Assembly (NCBI GenBank): GCA_964106915.2 | Contig: OZ066918.1 | DNA length: 64,000 bases | Source: Podarcis gaigeae | Lineage: Eukaryota | Reading direction: 5' to 3' (one strand) | In this document: in pieces, positions 24,207-36,375 of the stretch | Layout: each line of letters starts with the position of its first letter | Position numbering within the stretch: the first letter of the stretch is position 1 | Notes under the pieces: generated by a model | Told to the model about the DNA's origin: nothing | Seen by the model: only the letters and a program-made list of their open reading frames with translations | Databases searched by the model: none | Made by a program: the position numbers and the translations under genes

Positions 24207-24275
24207 AGAATCGTAGAATTGTAGAGCTGAGAGGGACCATAAGGGTCATCTAGTCCAATGCCCTGCAATGCAGAA
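24207..24275 (-). mobile_element. CR1 extreme 3' end
   Basis: AGAATCGTAGAATTGTAGAG...GGGTCATCTAGTCCAA, the reverse complement of the 20820 copy. Confidence 0.65.
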
Positions 24276-24744
24276 ATCTTTAAAAGCTCCTTTCTCAATA
24301 GTATTACACACCTAAAAGAAACAGAGGATTTTCAAAATATAGGGTTTAAACTTGTTGGAATTCATTCATTCATTCATTCCTTAAAGCTGAATGAGTGCCT
24401 TTGCCTTGCAGTTACTCAGTTGAGGATCACACAGTTTCTAACACCATGAAATTGCATTGGGAAGATCATGTTCTGAACCATCATTCATGGGGACAATTTG
24501 TGCAGGCTGCTCCTGTCTTTCACAGGATGGATGGATTTTCCTTTTTTACCTTCCAACAGCTTGGACATCTATGGGGCTGTGGGAAAGCAGAGTGGAAGGT
24601 GAAACCTCTGAGGACTAGGGACAGATTCTACCAAGCTGCTTGTTAACAGGAGCTGCATTAGCAAGGAGGTGAATGAGAGGCTGCGGGTTTAAAGGAAGGG
24701 GCCAGTGACAAAATGAGGTTTATTCTTTTTTTTGTGTGTATGAG

Positions 24745-25030
24745 AAGATAAAGAGTATAATTTTTTCTGCTATTTACGGAGTTGGGGAATCCAGATTGGG
24801 AGGGCTTGGAATAGGTAGGTTAATTTTGGGAGGGTGATCATTTTGATCACGGCTATTTCGTCTGAGAGGGTGAAGTTGGTGTTGTTCCATCTCCTCAAGT
24901 CTTTGTTGATTTGTCGTCACAAGGGGTTGCAATTGTGGAGGTATAGATTGCTGAGGTTTCTGGTTATTTGTATCCCTAGGTATCTGAACTTGGTGTGGCA
25001 AATTATCTCGGTGATGTTGGTGAATTGCCC
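24745..25030 (-). pseudogene. L1-clade LINE ORF2 (RT C-terminal part) relic
   Basis: Manual minus-strand translation: FRYLGIQITRNLSNLYLHNCNPL*RQINKDLRRWNNTNFTLSDEIAVIKMITLPKLTYLFQALPIWIP. This matches the L1 YLGI...IKM.LPKL.YLFQ.LPI pattern and has an internal stop. Confidence 0.75.
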
Positions 25031-25826
25031 AGGGGCAAAATGAGAGCTGCCTCCTCCGGAAATTCTGGGCAAAAGTAACCCTGGAGAGTATTGTGCCGAC
25101 TAGTGCTAAAAATTGAAATGCTGGATTAGGTAAAACTCATGTTCTGTGACTCAGTTCTGTGAGTTCTTTTCTAACTGCCTAACCAGGATAAATGTGTTAG
25201 CCAATAGATGGAAGTATGTTATACACATTCACTGCTGTTGTCAGGATGAAAGAAGAGAGCAATAGCATATGTTCAGCAATTGCCCTTATTGCTATGTATG
25301 GGAAGAGATCTTCATCTGTGATATTTTCATCAAACACATGCATGACGCGGTTGTACACTTCCAAGAGACTGGAAAGCCAATAAAGCCATTATATGCCTTT
25401 TTTGTTTGTTTGTGGATAATTTGTTTGCCTGAAAGTGCCCAATGGTTGCCATCCCCCACCCTCTCAAAGCAGACATGGCTTGCAACAGATGTTGCTGCCA
25501 TAAAGCAATCTCTGTTCTAGGTGCTTATTATACTGCACAGAACAGCAGCAGACAATTTACTGCTCCATTGCTCACATCCTCCAACTTCCTCTGCCCACAA
25601 TCACATGCTGATGTTTGCCTGGCAGATGCAGAATCAAATTGCAGGGAGCCAGGCAACAGCAGGCCACAGGCTGAGCTGTTTATAAGGGAGAGAGTTGGGC
25701 GAAACACTAAAAGGGCAGAACCATGGGGAGGGGGAGAAGGGTCTCTGAACAACACACAAGTCCCAAAGCAGACCAGAGTTTGCAGGAGGAACCACTGAGA
25801 TTTTCAGAATATTCCATCCCTACTTA

Positions 25827-26023
25827 CAGAGCCGGCCTACCCATTAGGCAAGCTGAGGCAACCAGCTCAGGCAGCAGGCTCCACAGGGGCAGCAGATTCC
25901 CATGTAGATATTTATCCCCCCTATTCCTGATGCAGATCTTCATTCATGTTTTCTTCCCTGGAGGGGAGAGGGGAGCCATTTTGTTCTTCGCCTCAGGTGT
26001 CAAAATGTATTTGGCCGGCCCTG
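25827..26023. mobile_element. hAT (Tip100-like) MITE
   Basis: TIR CAGAGCCGGCC / GGCCGGCCCTG; TSD CCTACTTA / CCTACTCA. Confidence 0.8.
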
Positions 26024-26120
26024 CCTACTCACCATATCCAGACCAAAGACTGGGTTTCTCCCAACCCAGGTCTTAGCTGCCCATTATTCAGGCTGGAGCT
26101 GCAGCCTGGAGTACAATATA

Positions 26121-26574
26121 CAGAGCTTTTTTCTAGAAAAATTAGGTGCCAGTACTCACAATGTATAAGGACGCGGGTGGCGCTGTGGGTTAAACCACAG
26201 AGCCTAGGACTTGCCGATCAGAAGGTCGGCGGTTCGAATCCCCGCAACAGGGTGAGCTCCCGTTGCTTGGTCCCTGCTCCTGCCAACCTAGCAGTTTGAA
26301 AGCACGAAAAAGTGCAAGTAGATAAATAGGTACCGCTCCGGCGGGAAGGTAAACAGTGTTTCCGTGTGCTGCTCTGGTTTGCCAGAAGCGGCTTAGTCAT
26401 GCTGGCCACATGACCCAGAAGCTGTACGCTGGCTCCCTCAGCCAGTAAAGCAAGATGAGTGCCGCAACCCTAGAGTCGGTTACACACTTTTTAACAACAA
26501 CAACAACAACAAAAAGAAGTGTCGGTACTGCGTACCCTTGACTACCCCCCTCGGCGGGGGGGGGGGGAGCACTG
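26121..26574. mobile_element. hAT-type MITE enclosing a Sauria SINE
   Basis: Ends CAGAGCT / AGCACTG; perfect 8-bp TSD ACAATATA at 26113-26120 and 26575-26582. Confidence 0.8.
26168..26482 (+). mobile_element. Sauria SINE (Squam1), 3'-truncated
   Basis: GGACGCGGGTGGCGCTGTGGG head, B box GGTTCGAATCCCC and full body; lacks the ACCTTT tail. Confidence 0.9.
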
Positions 26575-27649
26575 ACAATATATACCATGTTATTATTGTT
26601 GTTTACAAAGTGCCAGAGGGTAAGTTCCTGCCCAATAGGCTTACAATCTTAAATCAAACATATGGGAAACAATAGGGAAATACAGGCAAGTGCAATCAGA
26701 TAAAGCATATTTCAGTTGCATATACCTAGGAATAATTACGGTATATGGTTAGTGGATCGAAGAACGGAGCCAAAAGCACCAAGGGAAAAGTGGGTTTTAA
26801 ACAGAGATGTGAAAGAAGCAAGAGGGCTGGTGGTAGTTCCCTTGCAAAAGAGACAGCGAGAAAGAAAGGGTGGAGTCATTTGAGGGAGTTGTGAACTTTT
26901 GGATAAGGGATGGGGAAATGGTGGCCTTCCAGATGTTGCATTGACCACAACAGGTAGCAATAGTTCCTCTTAGTGATGATGCAAAGTTTCCCCTTCCATA
27001 TATTCATAAATATGCCACTAGGGCTGCCAACCAGCCACTAAGCTGCAGATTCTGCCAGGCTCCACTCATAGAGCTCCTTTGTACTACAGCCCTGGCTCAA
27101 CGCCCTGACCCTGGCCCAAGAGGCCCAGTGCTGTTGAAATTAGAAACTGACAACCCTTTTATAGCACTCATTAGTAAATTCCCAAAAGGAATTATTATGA
27201 ACTTAATGGAAATCTCTCCGATCAACCGGAATGCTGCAAACAACAGCATGAGTAGTAGATAATCTGGAGTTCCAGATTTTGAAATCTAGAATTGGTATAA
27301 TGAAAAGTTCTATTTATTATTATTATATTATATTATTATTATTATTACAACACCTGTTTTTGTTCACTTGAAAATTACATGAAATCAACAAATGGTAAAG
27401 AGGAGCTGTGCTTTGAGAGTTGCATCTCAACAGAGCCTATGAACTTCTTGTGCCATGTCAGAAAAGAAACATAGAAAGTGGAGCGCACATAGCAGTTTTC
27501 ACTTTGTTTCCCATTGTCTTCCTAAGCCATTTATTATAATTTTTTTATCCTGCTCTTTCTCTGAAGTAGCCCAGCATGGCATGTCCACAATCCAATCCAA
27601 CAACAGAATAAAGCACTTAAAACACTCATATGAAAACAACACAGCACAT

Positions 27650-27800
27650 TGTGGAGAACATTTTGCATGCAGAATGGCCTTGTTATCTTTGGCATGTACA
27701 TGGTTCAATCCCCAGCATCTCCATGTGGGGCTGAGATATCCATCTCCTGCCTCAATTCCTGGAGAGCAGCTGCCAGTCAGTATAAACAACATTGACTATG
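27650..27800 (+). mobile_element. Old tRNA-derived SINE
   Basis: GGTTCAATCCCCAGCATCTCC B-box-like segment and CCTGGAGAGCAGCTGCCAGTCAGT body. Confidence 0.55.
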
Positions 27801-28702
27801 TAGCCGCCGCCCCCCCCCCCACTTTGTTTCAGAACTATTATTTAATTGACATGCAGATTTAACAAATCCATTCATTGCTCGACAGTACAGTGATATTACA
27901 GGTCTACTTATTAAATGCAGCTTACTCCCAGAAAATAAAGGATTGCAGCCAAACTGACTAAAACTCATACCGTTCAGAGACTAACTGTGGGCTGAGAGAC
28001 AGTTAGCTTGAATAAAGCCAATGGCATAAAGAAAGAGACAATATTTGAACCGAAGACAGCTTAGTTAACATCTGTAAATGTTTCTTGATAAATTTAAACA
28101 AAAACAAAACATGCTTTTCTGGGGTCAGGCAGTGTTTAATGAATTCTTGAACACATAAAGGTTCCCTTTCAAAGATGAGGTTTTTAAATCCCTGGAGCCC
28201 GCATTCCTGTTAAAGCAGGGGCAGGCAGATGTAACACTGGGGAACATCACCTTTATTAGAAGAAGAAAACAGTGGCACTTAAGCAAAGGAGTTAAGTAAT
28301 GCAGTTGAGAGATACCGAGATCATTACAAATCCAGAATCCAAATTAACATATTGGGCTGCAGTCCTATATTGAGAATAAATCCCTTTGAGTTCAATGGAG
28401 CATGCATATAGCACACATGCATATATGCGTATTATTCCGCTGTGTTTCCTCTTTGGTTCCTAAACAGTAAATACGGCTATCTTTAGAACACAGTAGACTG
28501 CAGCAATTTTTGTGTCTTTTTCCCTTGGGGTCAGATCCTTGGAATTCCCTTCAGTAGTTATGTAATAACTGATGCATTGCTGAAAAATGTTCTGCTTACA
28601 AAATATTATCTGACAGTCCTGCCCTGCTTCCTCTAACTAGTCTGTGGTTTTTTCTTCTTCTTTTAAAGCTTGCATTTGAAAGGATAACATTTTATTTAAA
28701 AT

Positions 28703-28769
28703 TGTGTGTGTGTTTGTGTCTGTGTCTGTGTCTGTCTGTGTGTGTGTGTGTGTGCGCGCACACACACAC
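28703..28769. repeat. Interrupted (TG)n-GCGC-(CA)n microsatellite
   Basis: Directly visible. Confidence 0.9.
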
Positions 28770-29514
28770 CATGTGAGGAGGAGGGAGGGAGAGGAGGAAC
28801 GTGGGCGAGACTGAACTACGCAGAGGATAACCAAAGGATGGAAGTGTCACTGATTATAAATATTAGCAATGTGGATGTTGGCAGAGCCAGGCTGCATTTG
28901 CAGTCCTGTTCTCTTGGCCTGGATTCCCATATCTAGTAGCTGGGCTAAATGGCACATTAACCAGATGGCACCTTAATCAAATGGCTCATTAATGCAGATG
29001 GAGCCACACTGCAGCCCTTGGGCACCGTCCAAGCAGAAGTTAGTGGCATGACGATATCCCATCAAAAGCTAGAAAATGGAACTTAACCTCCATCAACTCA
29101 AGTTCTGCTGGAACCAATGGGACTAAGGGTCAAGGAATCCACGGTTCGTTAGGGACATAACCAGATCTCTTCACTCTGGTTGGTTCCTGCACTAACAGAG
29201 TACCATGCAAAACATCCACCCATGTAGTTCAGCCATACTGTTATACCAACTGGGTGGAGAATGGCTAGCATGAACATGACACAACAGTATTTACAACTTA
29301 TTGGATCAGCATGAAAGTTAATCACAGTGAAGAGGCAACTGTGCTAATGAGTAAATAATGTCAAGTCATCATGGATATCTTCAATCGGACTGCATCCCTT
29401 AGGGAGCAAAAAATAAATTTATTTCTCCCATATGCCAAAGGGCACCATAACATTGCCAAGCACTGGCAGGCAAAATACAGCTGTGTTTGGCCCATCCAAT
29501 GTTTTTACCTAACC

Positions 29515-29651
29515 CACGTGTGGGAAACCTTTGACCCTCCAGATGTTGCTGAACTACAAGTCCCATCAGCCCCAGCAAGCATGGCCCCTGGTCAGGAATG
29601 ATGGGAACTGTATTGAACAACACCTGGAGAGCCAGAGGTTCCCTGTCCCTG
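29515..29651. mobile_element. hAT-Charlie-like palindromic MITE
   Basis: Hairpin arms CTCCAGATGTTG / CAACACCTGGAG; TSD ACCTAACC / ACCTGACC. Confidence 0.75.
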
Positions 29652-30455
29652 ACCTGACCTCTGCAGCCCCATGTTGCTATCATGTGCAACACACTGAGGG
29701 GCCATTCATTCCAGGTAAAACAGATTCTGGGTATTAGAATGGACAGTAAAATTACTACCACATATGCAGTTTAAAATGCTTGCATTCTGTGTAATTTAGC
29801 CTTGCATACCCAAGAGCAAGCTTGCTGTGAATCTTGCGGAAGTCATCGTCTCCTCCCCACTTAAACCTGAATAAAGATTACCCCTTGAATTGTAGAGCAG
29901 CCTGATTCCAAAACCCTTTTCAGCATGAAGTTCACTGGATTTATTTGTTTGCTGGGCATTTCTGTACTGCTCCTCTGTTGTCATAGCAGCAGGACTCAAA
30001 GCAATACAGAACGAACAAAAACTGTACAAACCAATCACAATGGCAGAATTAAAAAAAAAAAAAACATTGCCAAAAGAACCTATACTTACAAATACTTAGC
30101 CATCTAAAAAGAAAGGAAAAAAATACAAATAAAATACTGCCATAAAAGAAATCCAAAACCTTTCAGCCCGCATTAAAACCCTGCCCAGAGTGCCATGTTT
30201 TCCAGCTGCTGAAACGTCCAGAGGAAAGGAAACTACCGGTAGTCAATCCTCTGATAGAAATGCATTTCATTCTGTCGCTTTACCTGAGGGACATCATTGT
30301 CTCTCAACCTAACCTAACACACAATAGAGGCAGTAGGAATGGTAAAATTACATTTTGTGCTGAAAAGTACTTGGGAAATATTTGATCATCATTATTAGGC
30401 CTAAGGAAACATAAGGTTTCTAATCAAATTGGGATCAGAGAAATGAAAGATCCTT

Positions 30456-30877
30456 CCATATAACACCAGTCCTGAAACGCCTACATTGGCTCCCAGTACG
30501 TTTCCGAGCACTGTTCAAAGTGTTGGTGCTGACCTTTAAAACCCTAAATGGCCTTGGTCTTGTATACCTGAAGGTGTGTCTCCACCCCATCATTCAGCCC
30601 GGACACCGAGGTCTAGCGCTGAGGGCCTTCTTGTGGTCTTTCACTGCGAGAACTGAAATTATAGGGAACCTGGCAAAGGGCCTTCTCGGTAGTGGCATCC
30701 TCCATGTGGAACACGCTCCAATCAGATGTCCAAAGAAATAAGAAACTATACAACCTTTAGAAGACATCTGAATGTTTAATGTTTCATTATGTTTTTATAT
30801 GTGTTGAAAGCCACCTAAGGTGGCTGGGGCAACTCAGTCAGATGGGTGGGTAACAAATAATAAAGTTGTTGTTGTTT
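30456..30877 (+). mobile_element. L2-clade LINE, 5'-truncated
   Basis: Encodes HITPVLKRLHWLPVRFRALFKVLVLTFKTLNGLG; tail GTGGCTGGGGCAACTCAGTCAGATGGGTGGG...AATAATAAA(GTT)n. Confidence 0.85.
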
Positions 30878-33800
30878 ACAAAAAATGTTGTTGTTGTTGT
30901 TCCCCACCTCCCAAAGCTTTGAAAGCTTGTCAGAGTACTAAACCCTACCCTAGTTGGGTACAGTTTGGTTTGGGCCATACAGCATGGGAAACCTGCCTTT
31001 CCCAGAGATTTTCTCATTTGCTTGCTTTTGTTTCTGTTTCCACTTATTCATAATTTCTCCTCATTTTTTGGGATGAACTTACTGCTTCAGGGACTTCACC
31101 ATGAGGCAGCGCTAAGCTGAAGCAAATGTCCATGCAACTGACTTCAACAAATCAGTATTAACTTAGTTGAGCCATTTAAAAAAGGGACAACATTCATCTC
31201 AGTGTACCTTCTGCATGTCCGGCGTTGTTGTTTTAATCTTTTCCCTCTCTCTGGCATTTTTACTAAGGCCTAGATCTCGCTGTGGTAAGAATTCTCCTAT
31301 TCTCTCCTCCTTCGCATACACAAAAATTATTTCCCAACTGTCTTTTCTGCACTGCTTAGATCCTGTAAGAGATGCTACTAACGGGTGTGGGTATGTGTGT
31401 GACTAGATATGACCACTAGCTTGTAGGCTGCCTATCCCTTACAAGATCCTTCTACAGGTGAGTTGCCACATGGTGGCAGCACAGCCAAGAAGAGCTTTGG
31501 AAGCCAGATAAAGTCCAGGTAATTCCCTATCTAGTCTTCCTCGGTGGTTCCATATTCTGCTTACTTCATATACTATTACTCACTGCTGACAGGCAATAAA
31601 GAAATATTTGGAAATATAAACTGTCTGTCTGCCCAGTAAGATGGTCCAGTTTGATTACTGTTCCTAACAGCCAACTGCTGGGTTTTGCCTTAGACATTAA
31701 GTTTGAAGGTGACCAGGCAGCTCATTTTTATTCATTCAGCCGTCTTAATTGTCTATGCCGGGCATGATTTGGAAACAGCAAGTCTGGATGGAATACATAC
31801 ATCTTAGAACATTTTCACTTGCGGGGCTTAAATTGCCTTTTGAGTTTCTCTCACATTGTTTATGAGAAACTGTGATTGTTGCTGATGCGGAAGAGACAGC
31901 AGCGGAGAGGCATTTGTAAAGTGAATGAGCATTCTATCTAATGTGAGTTTCCCATTTGCATTTCGAAAGGGACTGAAAAGCAAGAGCTTCTTGTGTGAAA
32001 ATGCCTCTCTCACAATATTTGTGCGAATGTTTGATCACTGCTAATGCGGAAGACAGGCATGTGTACATCAAAAGTGCATTCTGTACTTTTTCCATCCACC
32101 CAGCAATTCAGCTGAAGGCATTGTGAAGATGCACTAAGATAGGGATGGGCAGATGTCAGGATCTGCTGGTTTGTTTGTTTGTTTGTTGCTGCAACCTAGA
32201 GCTCCACCAACCAGAGACAGGTGCAACACTGTGGCTCAGCTGAATAGATGTTTGATGCAGGACAGAGTGCTTCTCAGCACATGCACACCTCAGGAATTTG
32301 TGATCAGTACCAGAACCAAGCTCACAAACTCTTCCACTCTCGAATTTTCTTTGGGGACATTTTTTAGTGAGAGGCAGGAGCTGCTGCTGCCTTTAGACAA
32401 TTGGGAGTCAGAAACCTCTGATCTGCTGCAAACCAGCCAGACGCATATAAGTAGATCCCAATCCCCCTTCTGCCCACTGCTGTCCTAAGAGGCAACCGCT
32501 GCCCAGCTGGAATGAAATCAGTACTTCTAGAAACTAACCCACCTCTGTGTGTCAGGTGGGTGGGGGCAGGAATGCGGCCGCTGCCACCCCCCTGATAAAG
32601 AAGAACTGAAAATACATTTGTCTCTGTCTCCTCCAGTAAAATCATTTTAAAATACTGGTTACTGAAATAAAAATTTATCTTCATATTGGGCGCGGTGGGG
32701 GTGGGGGAGCTTGCAAGCAATACTAGAAATCAGTCTTGCCTGACACTATTTAAATTGAATCTCTGTGAGTGCTATCCACAATTTGCAGTGAAAGTTGAAG
32801 CTATTAAAAAGTCTACGCCCAAGATTAAAAGTTAGAATGCTGTTTTTTAATAATAGAAAATTCTACTACACTTTCACCGAGCTGCCATTTCTAAACTCAG
32901 CCAGCTTTAAAAGCGTTTGACAGATAATATATAGAATCCAGAGTAATTGCAACTATAATTTCCCCTCTTTATAGTTCTGACAGAAGAAAGATTATTGTGC
33001 AAGGTGGAGATTAATTGGAGCATAAGGAAAGCAACTGAGTCACACAAAAACAAATAAATTATACGATGGACAGGATTTACACGTTCTGGTTGCTTCGCAT
33101 GGAGGAGACATTTAACACTACTGGACTCCAAAGAAAATTAAGGCTTTCACAGGCACTGAGGCACCTCTTCCAGACTGTACGTAGGCTATGATCTAATGAA
33201 CATCCGTAACACTGGCCTGGTTCATATGTGACGAAGGCCCCCACATCACGGCAGCAGGAGCCACCCTAACTGGCTCGCAGTGAGCTGTATGGAGGCATCA
33301 TGTGTGTGAACCACCACCAACAACACCATCTCACAAATGCACCCAGATGGAGCCACAAGCCCTCCAAAGGCAATTACGGGGGTGAGGAATCCTCTATGAA
33401 CTAGCCCTCGTGCAACAGCTCCTAGGAGGCCAGTGCCCCTAAAATGTTCGCGACCCTGAAACACTTCAAGTAGGTCCTGTTTCCCAACAAGTTCCCCATG
33501 ATGAGATAAACAGTAATCTGGAGAGCATCCACAATATGCAGAGCGAGCCACAGTATGCACAAAAAGGGAAGGTTTTATGCATGGAGATTGTGATTTATTA
33601 AAGCAGCATTCACATGGCTTACTATTTCATCTGCACTACCAGTCCTTTGCATTACATTGTTTTTTTACAGTCACAGCCGCCCCAGTTCTGCTCACCATAA
33701 GATAATTGTTGTGGGAAGGTGTGCAACGCGAGAGGTGTTTTCGTTTCGAAAGCTTGCTCACAAATAGTGACCTGGAAACTGACTGAGCTCCACGGCAGCT

Positions 33801-34419
33801 GGCAAAAGGGGTGAATCTAAGACTCAGGGGAACCCAAATAATTCCCTTTCCTCTTGGTGGTAGTGGAAGGTATGGCATTATGGATTACATAAAAAATATG
33901 TAACCATTATCCTGCTAGCTATGGATGATGTGAGTTGTAGTCCAGAAATACTACCCTACAGAGTGAAGAACCCTGGCCTTTCTTCATTATCTGGTTCCTC
34001 ACCTGATTGCGCTGATTTAAACTCTTTTCCTAGCATTTAAATGGTTGTCAGACAGGCTATAGTTTCAATGGGGGAAATGATGATAATGATGAAGAGCTTA
34101 GCAATTTCTCATATTGCCTAGATAACGTGTTGCTGCACCATCTTCATAACATTGTACCTTCCCATGATGTTTTTAACTGCTAGTCATCCCCAATTTCTCT
34201 TTCAGATGTAGGACATCCACCTGTATGCAAAGAGACATCCACCTGTATGTCTTCTCTGTTGAAGACAGGCAGAAGATGGAGGTTCAGCTTCCACTAAGAT
34301 GGTTCAGTATTTCTGATTTAATCAGTAAGTCAAAAATAATAATCACCACAGGCTACAGGACTGCTTTCAAGGAAAGTATTGAAATATTAAATAACCCACA
34401 GAATTAGGGAGCAATAACT

Positions 34420-35141
34420 TAGAATCATAGAATCATAGTTGGAAGAGACCACAAGGGCCATTGAGTCCAACCCCCTGCCAAGCAGGAAACACCATCAGAG
34501 CACTCCTGACATATGGTTGTCAAGCCTCTGCTTAAAGACCTCCAAAGAAGGAGACTCCACCACACTCCTTGGCGGCAAATTCCACTGTCGAACAGCTCTT
34601 ACTGTCAGGAAGTTCTTCCTAATGTTTAGGTGGAATCTTCTTTCTTGTAGTTTGGATCCATTGCTCCGTGTCCGCTTCTCTGGAGCAGCAGAAAACAACC
34701 TTTCTCCCTCCTCTATGTGACATCCTTTTATATATTTGAACATGGCTATCATATCACCCCTTAACCTCCTCTTCTCCAAGCTAAACATGCCCAGCTCCCT
34801 TAGCCGTTCCTCATAAGGCATCGTTTCCAGGGCTTTGTCCATTTTGGTTGCCCTCCTCTGGACACGTTCCAGTTTGTCAGTGTCCTTCTTGAACTGTGGT
34901 GCCCAGAACTGGACACAGTACTCCAGGTGAGGTCTGACCAGAGCAGAATACAGTGGCACTATTACTTCCCTTGATCTAGATGCTATACTCCTATTGATGC
35001 AGCCCAGAATTGCACTGGCTTTTTTAGCTGCCGCGTCACACTGTTGGCTCATGTCAAAGTTTGTGGTCAACCAAGACTCCTAGATCCTTTTCACATGTAC
35101 TGCTCTCAAGCCAGGTGTCACCCATCTTGTATTTGTGCCTC
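34420..35141 (-). mobile_element. Young CR1 LINE, 5'-truncated (~720 bp)
   Basis: 3' octamer repeat (ATTCTATG) on the minus strand and an intact ORF2 C-terminus. Confidence 0.95.
34495..35070 (-). pseudogene. CR1 ORF2 reverse-transcriptase C-terminal region
   Basis: ORF has canonical CR1 motifs [51 protein letters not shown] and WNLPPRSVV. Confidence 0.95.
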
Positions 35142-36065
35142 TACACAAATACTTAGCAAGGACAGAAAAACAAAGGTTGGAAGGATCTGTCTTATCACCA
35201 TTAGAGAGTAGTTTTAGGAGGTGCTACCCTCTTCCTAACCAACTGGTGCAACATCAGCTGTTGCGTCTGATTGTAGAAGAATTAATGTGTATCCTATCAG
35301 ATTGAGTATGCTGACATTTGAAATAGAGAATAAAATAAACCCAAGAATCATGACACAGCAGTAGCCCATCAGCGTTTAGTTATAAAAGAGCTGCCTTCAG
35401 TGAAATTCAACCATCCCTATATTGCAGTGACCCATTCAGAATACAGCTGTAAAGCATGCCAAGGGCCAATTCAACACATGCAACCAATGTTTGTTTTAAA
35501 GGCCAACCATGGTGATGGAAACACAACACCATTATTTATAATAGTTGTTGTTGTTGTTTAAAAAGGCAGAACACTAACATACTCCTCTCCTGCTCAACAT
35601 AGATGTATAAGAAGAGGAAACCCTCAAGGCTCTGGAGCATGTCATCTGTCAACACTCAAAAGTCAAATTAGTGGCCTGTAGCCTTGCTTCAAGAACATAA
35701 TTTCCCAATTTTCAGGCATAATGCAATCTGAAAGTCAGTTGATAGCATGGTCTCATTTAATTCTATTTTTGTTTTCTCTGTGGGACAGGTCTATTGATCA
35801 GAGTGACTTTTTTTTCTCAAGAAAAAAAATGAAGTCTTTTCTTTATGCATGTATTAACAACAACTTCTGCTCAAGGAACCCAAGGCAAGAGCTGCCACCT
35901 CATCAGAACAAGTTATTCACATGGGGGTAAAAACCATAGCTTAAGACTGGCAAGAGATTCAATGTTTTGCCACAAGTATCTATTTGTACCTTTCAGAACA
36001 CTTCCCCCTTATCTTGTGGCAGGGGGGGGATCTTCCAAAATCTACCCCTGCGACCCTTCCCTTGG

Positions 36066-36113
36066 GTATGCTGAGTTCCAGGGAATGAAGTATGCTGAGT
36101 TCCAGGGAATGAA
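36066..36113. repeat. Perfect 24-bp tandem duplication
   Basis: GTATGCTGAGTTCCAGGGAATGAA x2. Confidence 0.95.
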
Positions 36114-36216
36114 GAGGAGCTCTTGAATTTACCTATTCCTCTAGAAGCACTGAACAAGAACTTTCTGCTAGCCAGATGGCACAATCCATAGACAACCAGG
36201 AGCTCTCCTCCTAAAC

Positions 36217-36375
36217 CAGGCATGTCCAAAGTCCGTTTTGAGGGCCTAATCCAGCCCATTGGTCGATTTAATCTGGCCTGTGTGGTGGTACATGTTAACG
36301 ACTCTGGTCGGCCCTTTGGTCGGCCCTCCACTTCATCAAATCTAGCCCTCTTTGAAAAAAGTTTGGACACGACTG
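36217..36375. mobile_element. hAT-Charlie-like MITE
   Basis: TIR CAGGCATGTCCAAA / TTTGGACACGACTG; TSD TCCTAAAC / TCCTTAAC. Confidence 0.8.
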
